Below, piece by piece: positions 1 to 7,305 of a DNA stretch of 35,004 bases; within the stretch, counting starts at the first letter, position 1, and each line of letters begins with the position of its first letter. Source of the stretch: a virus (Duplodnaviria; Caudoviricetes); the IMG/VR virus record IMGVR_UViG_3300020044_005297, positions 1-35,004 of that record, one strand, 5' to 3'. Position numbers and translations under genes: made by a program. The notes beneath the pieces were generated by a model. The model saw only the letters and a program-made list of their open reading frames with translations, had not been told where the DNA came from and searched no databases.

Positions 1-81
1 AAGATTATGGAAACGGTTCAACCGTAGCCAAAACTCCTTGTGTTTAATTGTTTTGATTTAGTTTCTGTTGTTTATTTAGAT

Positions 82-113
82 AGGCGGTTGGTAGAAATAC
101 CGCCGCCTTTTTT
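82..113 (+). terminator. Rho-independent terminator
   Basis: AGGCGGTTGGTA-GAAA-TACCGCCGCCT hairpin (GNRA loop, one bulge) followed by a T run; lies 11 nt before the holin start. Confidence 0.85.
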
Positions 114-124
114 ACTTCCATCTT

Positions 125-538
125 ATGCCTATTCCCATCCCAATCATTGATGCCGCTCTAAAGATTATAGACAAGGTAATCCCCGATAAAGAAGCACGAG
201 AGAAGGCAAAGCTTGAACTGCTGAAGGAAGACAATCGTCAGGTACTTGAAGAAGTCAAGACCGACATTTCAGCCATCATAGCTGAAGCCAATAGTTCCGA
301 TAAGTGGACCAGTAGAGCGAGACCATCGTTCCTATATTTGATGTATTTTTGTATCATTATATGTTTCGTGGGTGGTATCATCGGGATATGGTTTCCTACC
401 CAAATTCAAGAAGCGGCCAAAAATCTTAATAGCCTTCTGAATGCTATTCCTGAGTCTTTGTGGTGGTTATTCGGAGCCGGGTATCTTGGATATACCGGAG
501 GTCGTACTTTTGACAAATGGAAACAAACTAAGAAGTGA
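125..538 (+). CDS. holin (3TM / GTA-type holin family)
   Basis: IIDKVIPD..AKLELL..EANS..WTSRARP motif, hydrophobic segments, LGYTGGRTFDKWK tail; GTGA overlap with the endolysin. Confidence 0.85.
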   Translation: MPIPIPIIDAALKIIDKVIPDKEAREKAKLELLKEDNRQVLEEVKTDISAIIAEANSSDKWTSRARPSFLYLMYFCIIICFVGGIIGIWFPTQIQEAAKNLNSLLNAIPESLWWLFGAGYLGYTGGRTFDKWKQTKK

Positions 539-1017
539 CAGAAGCTGAAAAATATCGGAAGTTATTGGCGAGATATGGAAATCCAATGGAAAAACCTTTG
601 GACTTTGAACACCAATGGATGATATCTTGGAATGTACCCATGTGGATTGATACCCATATACCGGCTCTTCCAAATCGCCTATATTTAAACAAGGACCTAA
701 TTCCGGTCATTGAAGAGACATTCAACCGGATCATAGGGCTTGGAGCCTACAAGGAGATTAAGACCTTTGACGGTCTATTCAATATACGTTATGTCAGAGG
801 CTCTAAGACAAAGCTTTCAATCCATTCATGGGGATTAGCCATCGACTTAAACGCTTCACATAATCCATTAGGGGTAACTAAAGAACAAGCCCGTTCCAAA
901 GGTTTGAACCCATTTTCTACACTCTTTGACGAAATATGGAAGGATACTGGTTGGACCTGTGGATCTTCATTCCAAAGGTGTGACGGTATGCACTTTGAAT
1001 ATACTCATCACCTGTGA
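535..1017 (+). CDS. endolysin, M15 family Zn peptidase
   Basis: R..SIHSWGLAIDLN..DGMHFE motifs (SxHxxxxAxD, HxE/Q); next to the holin. Confidence 0.9.
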   Translation: MTEAEKYRKLLARYGNPMEKPLDFEHQWMISWNVPMWIDTHIPALPNRLYLNKDLIPVIEETFNRIIGLGAYKEIKTFDGLFNIRYVRGSKTKLSIHSWGLAIDLNASHNPLGVTKEQARSKGLNPFSTLFDEIWKDTGWTCGSSFQRCDGMHFEYTHHL

Positions 1018-1322
1018 TACTTACTTGTAACCGGATCATTTTCCCTCCCGTGATAGAAGATGAAGACGAAGTAATCCGTGAGTCTAAAATGAGACAAGCG
1101 GCGAAGAATATCCGTAAAAGACGGATGACCTTCCATCTTGGAGACATCGAGAAGTTCAGTGAACATGAGGATACTCGCTTCGTCATGGTGTGGTTCTATT
1201 ATTCTGAACCAGTCGTTTTAGAATATTCTTTTGATGAACTCAATAAGCTATACATCGACTATAACGAGAGTAACGAAGAGGATGATGAACATACTATGAG
1301 ATTTTGGATACCTGCTAACTAA
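1014..1322 (+). CDS. hypothetical protein
   Basis: 102-aa ORF coupled to both neighbours by GTGA and TAATG overlaps. Confidence 0.7.
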   Translation: MILTCNRIIFPPVIEDEDEVIRESKMRQAAKNIRKRRMTFHLGDIEKFSEHEDTRFVMVWFYYSEPVVLEYSFDELNKLYIDYNESNEEDDEHTMRFWIPAN

Positions 1323-2341
1323 TGGAAATAAATAACAAGTCAATCATCGTTAAAAGCTTTATCACCAAATTCTCAGGACTAAGCCACCGACAGATATCGG
1401 TTAAGATCTACGAGGAAAATCCTCACCTTTTTAAAAACTTAGAGAACGCCCGTACCATGGTTCGGTATTATGCAGGGAAAGTAGGGAAGAAGAATAGAAA
1501 ATCAATAACCAACGCAAAATCCGGAATGGAATCAGTAGCCAAACAAAATAAAGCCGTACTTGAAAAGTGGGGTATCAGTAAGACCAAAGCCAAAGGAAAG
1601 AAGTCCTATCAGATTCCTTCCCAGTACGACCGAATATTATGGATATCTGATATACACATTCCTAACCATGACGAAGTAGCCCTTTCAACAGCTCTTGAAT
1701 ATGGTCTATCTCATAAAGCTAACTGTATTATTATCGGTGGAGACTTACTTGATAACGCTCCGTTCACTCGGTTCAGAGTACCTCCTGCACTACGCAAAGC
1801 CAAAGACTTCTTCGATCAGGCAGTATCATTTCTGACAGCTTTACGGAAGAACTTCCCCGAAGCCCATATAGTATACATGGAAGGAAATCACGATAGGTGG
1901 TATTCAGACTGGCTTATAGATCATTGCGCCGTGGTATTCGATGATCCATATTATCAGCTTGAAGCACGTCTAAAGCTTGAGGAATTGAATATTCTATTCC
2001 TAACTGAGAATGTTATAGTTAAAGCCGGGAAACTTCCGATGTTACATGGACACACTATCGTCCGTGGAGTATTCGCCCCGGTCAATGCCGCCCGTGGAGC
2101 TTACACCAAGAGTAACCATAACCTTCTAATTGGTCACACTCACCAAGTATCTGTCCATTCAGCTAAGGACCTAATGGGTAGACCTACCAAGACATGGTCG
2201 GTAGGATGCTTATGTACCCTGTCTCCTGATTATGACCCACACAACATCCGACATAGTCACGGGTTCGCTTTCATAATAACTGAAACAGGAGGAAAGTTTA
2301 CCGTCCGTAATTTTGAAATAGTTGATGGAGAAATAAGATAA
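1322..2341 (+). CDS. calcineurin-like metallophosphoesterase with a basic N-terminal extension
   Basis: SDIH, GGDLLD, EGNHD, HGH and GHTH motifs. Confidence 0.9.
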   Translation: MEINNKSIIVKSFITKFSGLSHRQISVKIYEENPHLFKNLENARTMVRYYAGKVGKKNRKSITNAKSGMESVAKQNKAVLEKWGISKTKAKGKKSYQIPSQYDRILWISDIHIPNHDEVALSTALEYGLSHKANCIIIGGDLLDNAPFTRFRVPPALRKAKDFFDQAVSFLTALRKNFPEAHIVYMEGNHDRWYSDWLIDHCAVVFDDPYYQLEARLKLEELNILFLTENVIVKAGKLPMLHGHTIVRGVFAPVNAARGAYTKSNHNLLIGHTHQVSVHSAKDLMGRPTKTWSVGCLCTLSPDYDPHNIRHSHGFAFIITETGGKFTVRNFEIVDGEIR

Positions 2342-2346
2342 AGTAC

Positions 2347-2354
2347 TATATTTG
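2347..2354 (+). promoter_or_regulatory. Bacteroidota sigma-A -7 element (TAnnTTTG)
   Basis: Intergenic TATATTTG(C), with TTG at 2322-2324 upstream. Confidence 0.6.
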
Positions 2355-2404
2355 CGGACGATATACCAATGGGTTAGTGAGTTATCCTATTGGAATTCAA
2401 TATA

Positions 2405-2440
2405 AACGGGCGGATATGTATGTATCCGTCCGTTCCTTTT
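2405..2440 (+). terminator. Rho-independent terminator
   Basis: AACGGGCGGATA / TATCCGTCCGTT 12-bp stem (one G-U) followed by CCTTTT. Confidence 0.7.
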
Positions 2441-2490
2441 GTAACCTTTTCTGTACTGGTTAGGTATAAGACATATCTAAACCAAACAAC

Positions 2491-2649
2491 ATGAAAAAGT
2501 TCGACATCACCACTATTATCGCTATTATTTGCTTATTAACCGCTGAATGGGCTTACCTCGATGGTATTAAATGGCTCTATTTATCATCTATTGGGGCTTG
2601 TATTATTCTATTTATGCTTTATCTAATGTTTAATGACCATAGAAAATAA
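2491..2649 (+). CDS. small two-TM membrane protein (52 aa, not in the ORF track)
   Basis: MKKFDITTIIAIICLLTAEWAYLDGIKWLYLSSIGACIILFMLYLMFNDHRK; A-rich leader AAACCAAACAAC. Confidence 0.65.
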   Translation: MKKFDITTIIAIICLLTAEWAYLDGIKWLYLSSIGACIILFMLYLMFNDHRK

Positions 2650-2719
2650 GGTAGAACCCCTATATTTTTTATCAATTTCATAACTACTTTCACAGCCTAA
2701 ACAACAAAAAACAAAAGCC

Positions 2720-2881
2720 ATGAAAAAAAGCACCTATCAACTACTAATGTTAGCAAAAAATGGACACCGTATTATTTTGAACGGTGAAGATGTATCCTTT
2801 ACGCAGTTATTCAAAATGCAAGACATTATTTTTGAAGTAACCATCGACAAATCAAGTACAGTTCACGCTACTACCAAATAA
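2720..2881 (+). CDS. hypothetical early protein (53 aa, not in the ORF track)
   Basis: MKKSTYQLLMLAKNGHRIILNGE...HATTK; strong A-rich leader. Confidence 0.65.
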   Translation: MKKSTYQLLMLAKNGHRIILNGEDVSFTQLFKMQDIIFEVTIDKSSTVHATTK

Positions 2882-2892
2882 ACAACAAAAAT

Positions 2893-3159
2893 ATGTCTTA
2901 CGATTCCTACAAAACTGCCAGTCCTCACGACTACCTCAAAATGTATGACCGCCAATCCAACGAAGATGAACTTCGTGACCGTGATTGGGAACGGAAAGAA
3001 AAACAACTACGCCAATTATTATCATACCTCATTAGAAAAGAGTTCGATATGTGTGGGATGGATATCTGTTCTGATCAATATAAAGCAGAACTTATTTGGG
3101 CGATGAAGAACATTGGTGACTATGAAGAATCTCGTAATATGTTAAACGACCTCAAATGA
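2893..3159 (+). CDS. hypothetical protein
   Basis: A-rich leader; ATGA coupling to the next ORF. Confidence 0.7.
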   Translation: MSYDSYKTASPHDYLKMYDRQSNEDELRDRDWERKEKQLRQLLSYLIRKEFDMCGMDICSDQYKAELIWAMKNIGDYEESRNMLNDLK

Positions 3160-3401
3160 AATTAGATCATAATATATTTATACCTCACAACATACAGACT
3201 CTCATGTATGCCTATCTTCGGAAACTTGATAAGTCATTAAAATGTCAATCAATCGTGGATAAGATTGATTCAAATGATAGTAAATATCCGGACGCTTACC
3301 GTGACTTAGTCAACTGTCAAATAGATTGCAAGGATCTTGATGTTAAAATTAACAAACTAATTCTAAAACTCACTCCAAATGAACAAATCGGAAACCATTA
3401 A
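3156..3401 (+). CDS. hypothetical protein
   Basis: Coupled ORF in the early operon. Confidence 0.65.
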   Translation: MKLDHNIFIPHNIQTLMYAYLRKLDKSLKCQSIVDKIDSNDSKYPDAYRDLVNCQIDCKDLDVKINKLILKLTPNEQIGNH

Positions 3402-3963
3402 CGAACTTGCCTCTGCTTTAAGTAAAGCACAGGCGCAAATAAAAGGAGCTGTTGAAGACTCCACAAATCCTCACTTCAGGTCCAAGTATGCCTCCCTTCA
3501 GTCCTACATCGATTCAGCCCGTGAACCACTGGCTAAGAATGGACTGGCAGTTATGCAACTACTCACGGATATAAACTGTGAGTCGATGAACATTGTCTCC
3601 ATTGAGACTATAATGATGCACTCTTCCGGTCAATGGATCAGCTCTACCTTTAGTGTCCCAGTATCCAAAGCCGATGCTCAGGGATTCGGTTCAGCCGTGA
3701 CTTATGCGAGACGTTATTCCTATGCCGCCGCTATCGGTATTGCTCCGATTGATGACGATGGAAACGAAGCAGTTCAAGCCGCACCTACCAAAGTAGCTAA
3801 AAAGACCAATGATCTTCCTACATCAGTTATCAAAGGGATTGAAGACTCCAAGACAAAGGATGATCTGATGAACTTCGCCGCTCAACAGACTACATACCAT
3901 AAGAACACCGAGTTCAGAGCTTTAGTGGCCAAGAGAAAGGAGGAGCTAAATGTTAACGCCTGA
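3379..3963 (+). CDS. ERF family single-strand annealing protein
   Basis: NPHFRSKYASL, HSSGQW and GSAVTYARRYSY..DDDG motifs of ERF. Confidence 0.92.
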   Translation: MNKSETINELASALSKAQAQIKGAVEDSTNPHFRSKYASLQSYIDSAREPLAKNGLAVMQLLTDINCESMNIVSIETIMMHSSGQWISSTFSVPVSKADAQGFGSAVTYARRYSYAAAIGIAPIDDDGNEAVQAAPTKVAKKTNDLPTSVIKGIEDSKTKDDLMNFAAQQTTYHKNTEFRALVAKRKEELNVNA

Positions 3964-4729
3964 TATCCTATACCCCATCAGTCATAGTCGGTTAAACGCT
4001 TTCAAGCGTTCACCACTTCACCTAATCCATTACCTGACCCAACCAAAGGAGCAGACACCGGCTATGGCTTTCGGTTCAGCTTTCCACATGGCACTTCTTC
4101 AGCCTGACCAGTTTCAATATAAGTATGCTGTGGCTCCGGATGTGGACCGAAGGAGCAAAGAGGGTAAGTTAGAATGGGACGCTTTCGTTTATAATAACGA
4201 ACATAAGACAGTCATATCAAGAAATGATATGGAAAAGATTGACCGTATGTGTGTCTCTATCCTTTCCAGTGGTCAAGCTTCAGACCTTATACTTTCAGCC
4301 ACTGAGAAAGAATTACTTACAGAATGGGTTAACGAAGATACACTTCTTCCAATGAGAGGTATCATTGATGGCGTAGGTTCAAACTTTATGTTTGACCTTA
4401 AGACCTGTACTGATGCTACTCCACATAAGTTTCAAAGGGACGCTTGGAATATGGACTATCAAAGACAAGCCGCTATTTATTTGGACAGTCTTCAAGGTGA
4501 GTCTAAAGAGTTCTACTTTATAGCCATTGAGAAGGAAGCTCCGTATGGAGTATCTGTTCACAGGTGTGACCAATCTGTTATTGACAGGGGACGGACTCAA
4601 TTCTTGAAGCTTTTGGAAGAATATCGCAACTGGGTAAGTCTTGGATGTCCGGCTTCAGGTTATGATTATTGGCATTATACCGGCATTCATGATTTTGAAA
4701 CTCCAAGTTACATCAAGAATAATGAGTGA
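3950..4729 (+). CDS. PD-(D/E)XK exonuclease, RecE/exonuclease VIII-like
   Basis: ISHSRL..SP, FGSAFH, RGIID..DLKT, YQRQAAIY and FIAIEKEAPY motifs; partner of ERF. Confidence 0.88.
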   Translation: MLTPDILYPISHSRLNAFKRSPLHLIHYLTQPKEQTPAMAFGSAFHMALLQPDQFQYKYAVAPDVDRRSKEGKLEWDAFVYNNEHKTVISRNDMEKIDRMCVSILSSGQASDLILSATEKELLTEWVNEDTLLPMRGIIDGVGSNFMFDLKTCTDATPHKFQRDAWNMDYQRQAAIYLDSLQGESKEFYFIAIEKEAPYGVSVHRCDQSVIDRGRTQFLKLLEEYRNWVSLGCPASGYDYWHYTGIHDFETPSYIKNNE

Positions 4730-4803
4730 TATAACGGACATAATTAGCCCCTTTTGGGTACTATAAGTACCATTAAACTATAAAAAATACTACAACGAAA
4801 CCT

Positions 4804-5010
4804 ATGGAAAATAAAATTTATTCAGTCAAGAGAAATATCAAAGGATTTATCGAAGGAGATATTGTATTAGCATATAAAAGTCAAAAGTTTAAGACGAAAA
4901 GAATGGTTACTAATTGGGAGATAATTGGTAAATGGAGTTGTTGTGGATGCAATAAATACAAGCAAGAGTTAATTGATAACAAGCATTTAGAATATATCGG
5001 AACACTATAA
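4804..5010 (+). CDS. hypothetical protein (CCGC motif)
   Basis: 68-aa AT-rich ORF with an A-rich leader. Confidence 0.6.
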   Translation: MENKIYSVKRNIKGFIEGDIVLAYKSQKFKTKRMVTNWEIIGKWSCCGCNKYKQELIDNKHLEYIGTL

Positions 5011-5013
5011 CAA

Positions 5014-5244
5014 ATGAGAACAGAAGAAGAAACACAGAAACGCCTTGAATGGGCTTACGGTCAACACATGGAATCATTGGTCGAACTACAAACAGCCAAT
5101 AGAATCGGTAATCAGAAGAAAATCCTTACAGCCCGGCTGAACGCTGTCGGACTAATGATGGAAATCAACGCCCTTGAATGGATACTTGAATCTCGTGATA
5201 ACAAACAATCAGGATATGAGCCGGAAGCCACCAGTAACCCGTGA
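5014..5244 (+). CDS. hypothetical protein
   Basis: Helical 76-aa ORF ending in an INALEWIL motif often seen in phage early proteins. Confidence 0.65.
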   Translation: MRTEEETQKRLEWAYGQHMESLVELQTANRIGNQKKILTARLNAVGLMMEINALEWILESRDNKQSGYEPEATSNP

Positions 5245-5320
5245 AGTACTGGCTATCTACATAGCCATTAACGCTTTAATGATTTCAGTTTTATACTTAA
5301 TAATAAATTATATCCTATGA
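5216..5320 (+). CDS. small single-TM protein (34 aa, not in the ORF track)
   Basis: MSRKPPVTREVLAIYIAINALMISVLYLIINYIL; ATGA-coupled to the ORF at 5317. Confidence 0.5.
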   Translation: MSRKPPVTREVLAIYIAINALMISVLYLIINYIL

Positions 5321-5517
5321 AAGAGAAAGTCAGAATGTTAATGATCCTAAATGAAATAGAAGTTGATATAGCCCGTATCGTCAGACTTGATGATCAATAT
5401 AATAACCTATCAGCTAAAATCGGGGAGGTTAAGTCAATAGTCTTGGAGAATATGTTCCCGGCTATGATTCAAGGTCCTGAAATAGATTGGCAGAAAATCA
5501 AAGATTTGTCATGTTAG
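5317..5517 (+). CDS. hypothetical protein
   Basis: Coupled ORF. Confidence 0.6.
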   Translation: MKEKVRMLMILNEIEVDIARIVRLDDQYNNLSAKIGEVKSIVLENMFPAMIQGPEIDWQKIKDLSC

Positions 5518-5708
5518 AAAAGCGATTCATAACACGGGATGAGTGCTTCCAGTATGTTGTAACAGAGATGACTAATGGAGACCCTCTTATCTGGGCTTTA
5601 ATTGAAGCCGTAGCTTCTAAACAGGAGTGGATAACTTTCGCTACCTTTGATGAAGTAGCTGAAATCATCTATAAAAACATAAACGATGGCGAAAAAAGTA
5701 TCTTTTGA
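5511..5708 (+). CDS. hypothetical protein
   Basis: ATG at 5511 preferred over the track start at 5487. Confidence 0.6.
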   Translation: MLEKRFITRDECFQYVVTEMTNGDPLIWALIEAVASKQEWITFATFDEVAEIIYKNINDGEKSIF

Positions 5709-6003
5709 CTATGACGGAACTCTGACCACTAAATCCGGAGCCGAAACCCTTGACCGATGGATAGCCACAGGTGACACAGTCTATATTCTAACAGCTCGTC
5801 AGGATAGAATGATGGGACCAGTCTATGAATTCGCTCGTGAACATGGTATTCCTCGTTCAAGGGTTCTTCAATCAACTGTAGGTCATAAATGGGAAGTAGT
5901 TAAACGGCTTGGAATAGATAAGCACGTTGATAATAATAGAGACGAACTTAAACTAATAGAAGACAATACAGATGCCTCAGCTTGGCACACATCAAAACTA
6001 TGA
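5686..6003 (+). CDS. minimal HAD-superfamily phosphatase
   Basis: SFDYDGTL (DxDGT), ILTAR, K and HVDNN motifs. Confidence 0.8.
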   Translation: MAKKVSFDYDGTLTTKSGAETLDRWIATGDTVYILTARQDRMMGPVYEFAREHGIPRSRVLQSTVGHKWEVVKRLGIDKHVDNNRDELKLIEDNTDASAWHTSKL

Positions 6004-6341
6004 ACCAACACAAGATCTATAAGTCACTGTGTATGATAGTATACATGAGTGATGGAAAGTATGTTAGTGTCCATAAACTTAAGGAAGTATTTGGTATCAG
6101 TTCTCGTACAGCTTATAGGTATCTTATCATGCTTCAACAAGTCGGATTCGAGTTAGTAAAACAAGGAACTAAGTATTCAATTCAACCGGGAATAGTCCCA
6201 CAAACAATCAATTATCTATTAACCAATGGAAACAAAGGAAAAGAAGGTGTACCTGTCCAACCTAAAATCAATAGGACAACAGAACCAAGGACTCAGAGGC
6301 CGTCTGTACGAAGAGAAACTATCAGAACACTGGCAGGTTGA
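6000..6341 (+). CDS. winged-HTH DNA-binding protein (HTH_11-like)
   Basis: SVHKLKEVFGISSRTAYRYLIMLQQVGF; ATG at 6000 overlaps the previous stop. Confidence 0.75.
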   Translation: MNQHKIYKSLCMIVYMSDGKYVSVHKLKEVFGISSRTAYRYLIMLQQVGFELVKQGTKYSIQPGIVPQTINYLLTNGNKGKEGVPVQPKINRTTEPRTQRPSVRRETIRTLAG

Positions 6342-6504
6342 TGATAAAGGCCGTAGGTATATCCCTTTTAACGTATGGGCTAACCGTGAACCTGATCAGT
6401 ATGGTAACACTCATACAATGATTCTTGACACTTATAAACCGACTCAACAGGTAGGTGTTAATAACTCGTTAAATAAGGATAAGTATACTGACCTACCTTT
6501 CTAA
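6226..6504 (+). CDS. putative single-stranded DNA-binding protein
   Basis: Small beta-rich protein, PDQYGNTH motif, C-terminal DLPF tip typical of SSBs. Confidence 0.6.
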   Translation: METKEKKVYLSNLKSIGQQNQGLRGRLYEEKLSEHWQVDDKGRRYIPFNVWANREPDQYGNTHTMILDTYKPTQQVGVNNSLNKDKYTDLPF

Positions 6505-6507
6505 TAA

Positions 6508-6600
6508 CTTCGGGTCATCGATGTACGGATCGATAAGAGAATAAATTTCAGAGCCGACTTAGCCGGATGGACCGTACTCCTGATGGCAAGTCGGTTCTTA
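6508..6600 (+). ncRNA. candidate structured RNA with a kissing-loop pseudoknot (family not recognised)
   Basis: Hairpin 6517-6534 (loop GTACGG) and long hairpin 6550-6598 (loop CCGTAC); the loops are exact reverse complements. Confidence 0.6.
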
Positions 6601-6611
6601 ATTTAATCACC

Positions 6612-7040
6612 ATGGCTAAAAAGTATTCACCTGCAATGGTGGACTTACTCGGTAAAGCTTTAGAGTACTCTAAGATCCAGTACCCATCTATCCCTGATCA
6701 TTGCCGCCCAAAGCCTTCATTTAAGACCACTGACGCTAACGGTCTAACTAAAGCAATAGTCGAATTTATTGACCTATCCGGTGGATGGGCTACAAGGATA
6801 AGCACTGAAGGACGTTACATAGAATCACTCGGAAAGCGTATCCCATCAAGTGTAAAGAAAGGTACTGCCGATATTCACGCCGTTTGGAATGGTCGACATT
6901 TATCCATTGAGGTAAAGATAGGAGCTGATAGACAGTCACCCGAACAGAAGGAAATACAATCTGATATTGAAAGAGCCGGAGGACTCTATTACATTGCCAA
7001 AGATTTTGATTCATTTCACCACTGGATAACTAAACTATGA
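6612..7040 (+). CDS. VRR-NUC nuclease / Holliday junction resolvase
   Basis: KGTADI..IEVKIGADRQSPEQK..GGLYYIA; ATG 6612 chosen because the 6567 start lies inside the hairpin. Confidence 0.85.
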   Translation: MAKKYSPAMVDLLGKALEYSKIQYPSIPDHCRPKPSFKTTDANGLTKAIVEFIDLSGGWATRISTEGRYIESLGKRIPSSVKKGTADIHAVWNGRHLSIEVKIGADRQSPEQKEIQSDIERAGGLYYIAKDFDSFHHWITKL

Positions 7041-7300
7041 GCTATCACGATAAGACAACCATACTTGAATGGTTAAAGCTAAACAGAACGGGTCTTGATG
7101 GCCGTGTAGTTAGAGCCTTATTAACCCTTTATCATAAAGGAACTATTTATGTCCGGGATGTAACCGAAGAAGATTTTAAATCATTTCAGTATGTCGGTGA
7201 TAAGTCTTGGAAGGTATTCCTTACTTTGCGTGATAGCTTCTACCATAAAATAAAACCTAAACAATTTCCCTCCGTTTCAATCGGAAATAAAACTCACTAA
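7037..7300 (+). CDS. RNA polymerase alpha-CTD-like small protein
   Basis: LDGRVVRALL...DVTEEDFKSFQYVGDKSW resembles the alpha-CTD pattern LSVRxxNCL...DLxKFRNFGKKSL. Confidence 0.5.
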   Translation: MSYHDKTTILEWLKLNRTGLDGRVVRALLTLYHKGTIYVRDVTEEDFKSFQYVGDKSWKVFLTLRDSFYHKIKPKQFPSVSIGNKTH

Positions 7301-7305
7301 TCCAA

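Noticed and set aside
4722-4771. 14-codon ORF and GGTACT-ATA-AGTACC palindrome
   Set aside because: Too short and single-copy to separate from chance, although an operator cannot be excluded.
6580-6600. CTGATGG resembling the hammerhead CUGANGA core
   Set aside because: No matching stem II, GAAA or stem III arrangement follows.
6567-6611. N-terminal extension of the VRR-NUC ORF from ATG 6567
   Set aside because: This start is buried in the stable hairpin, whereas ATG 6612 has a typical AT-rich leader.
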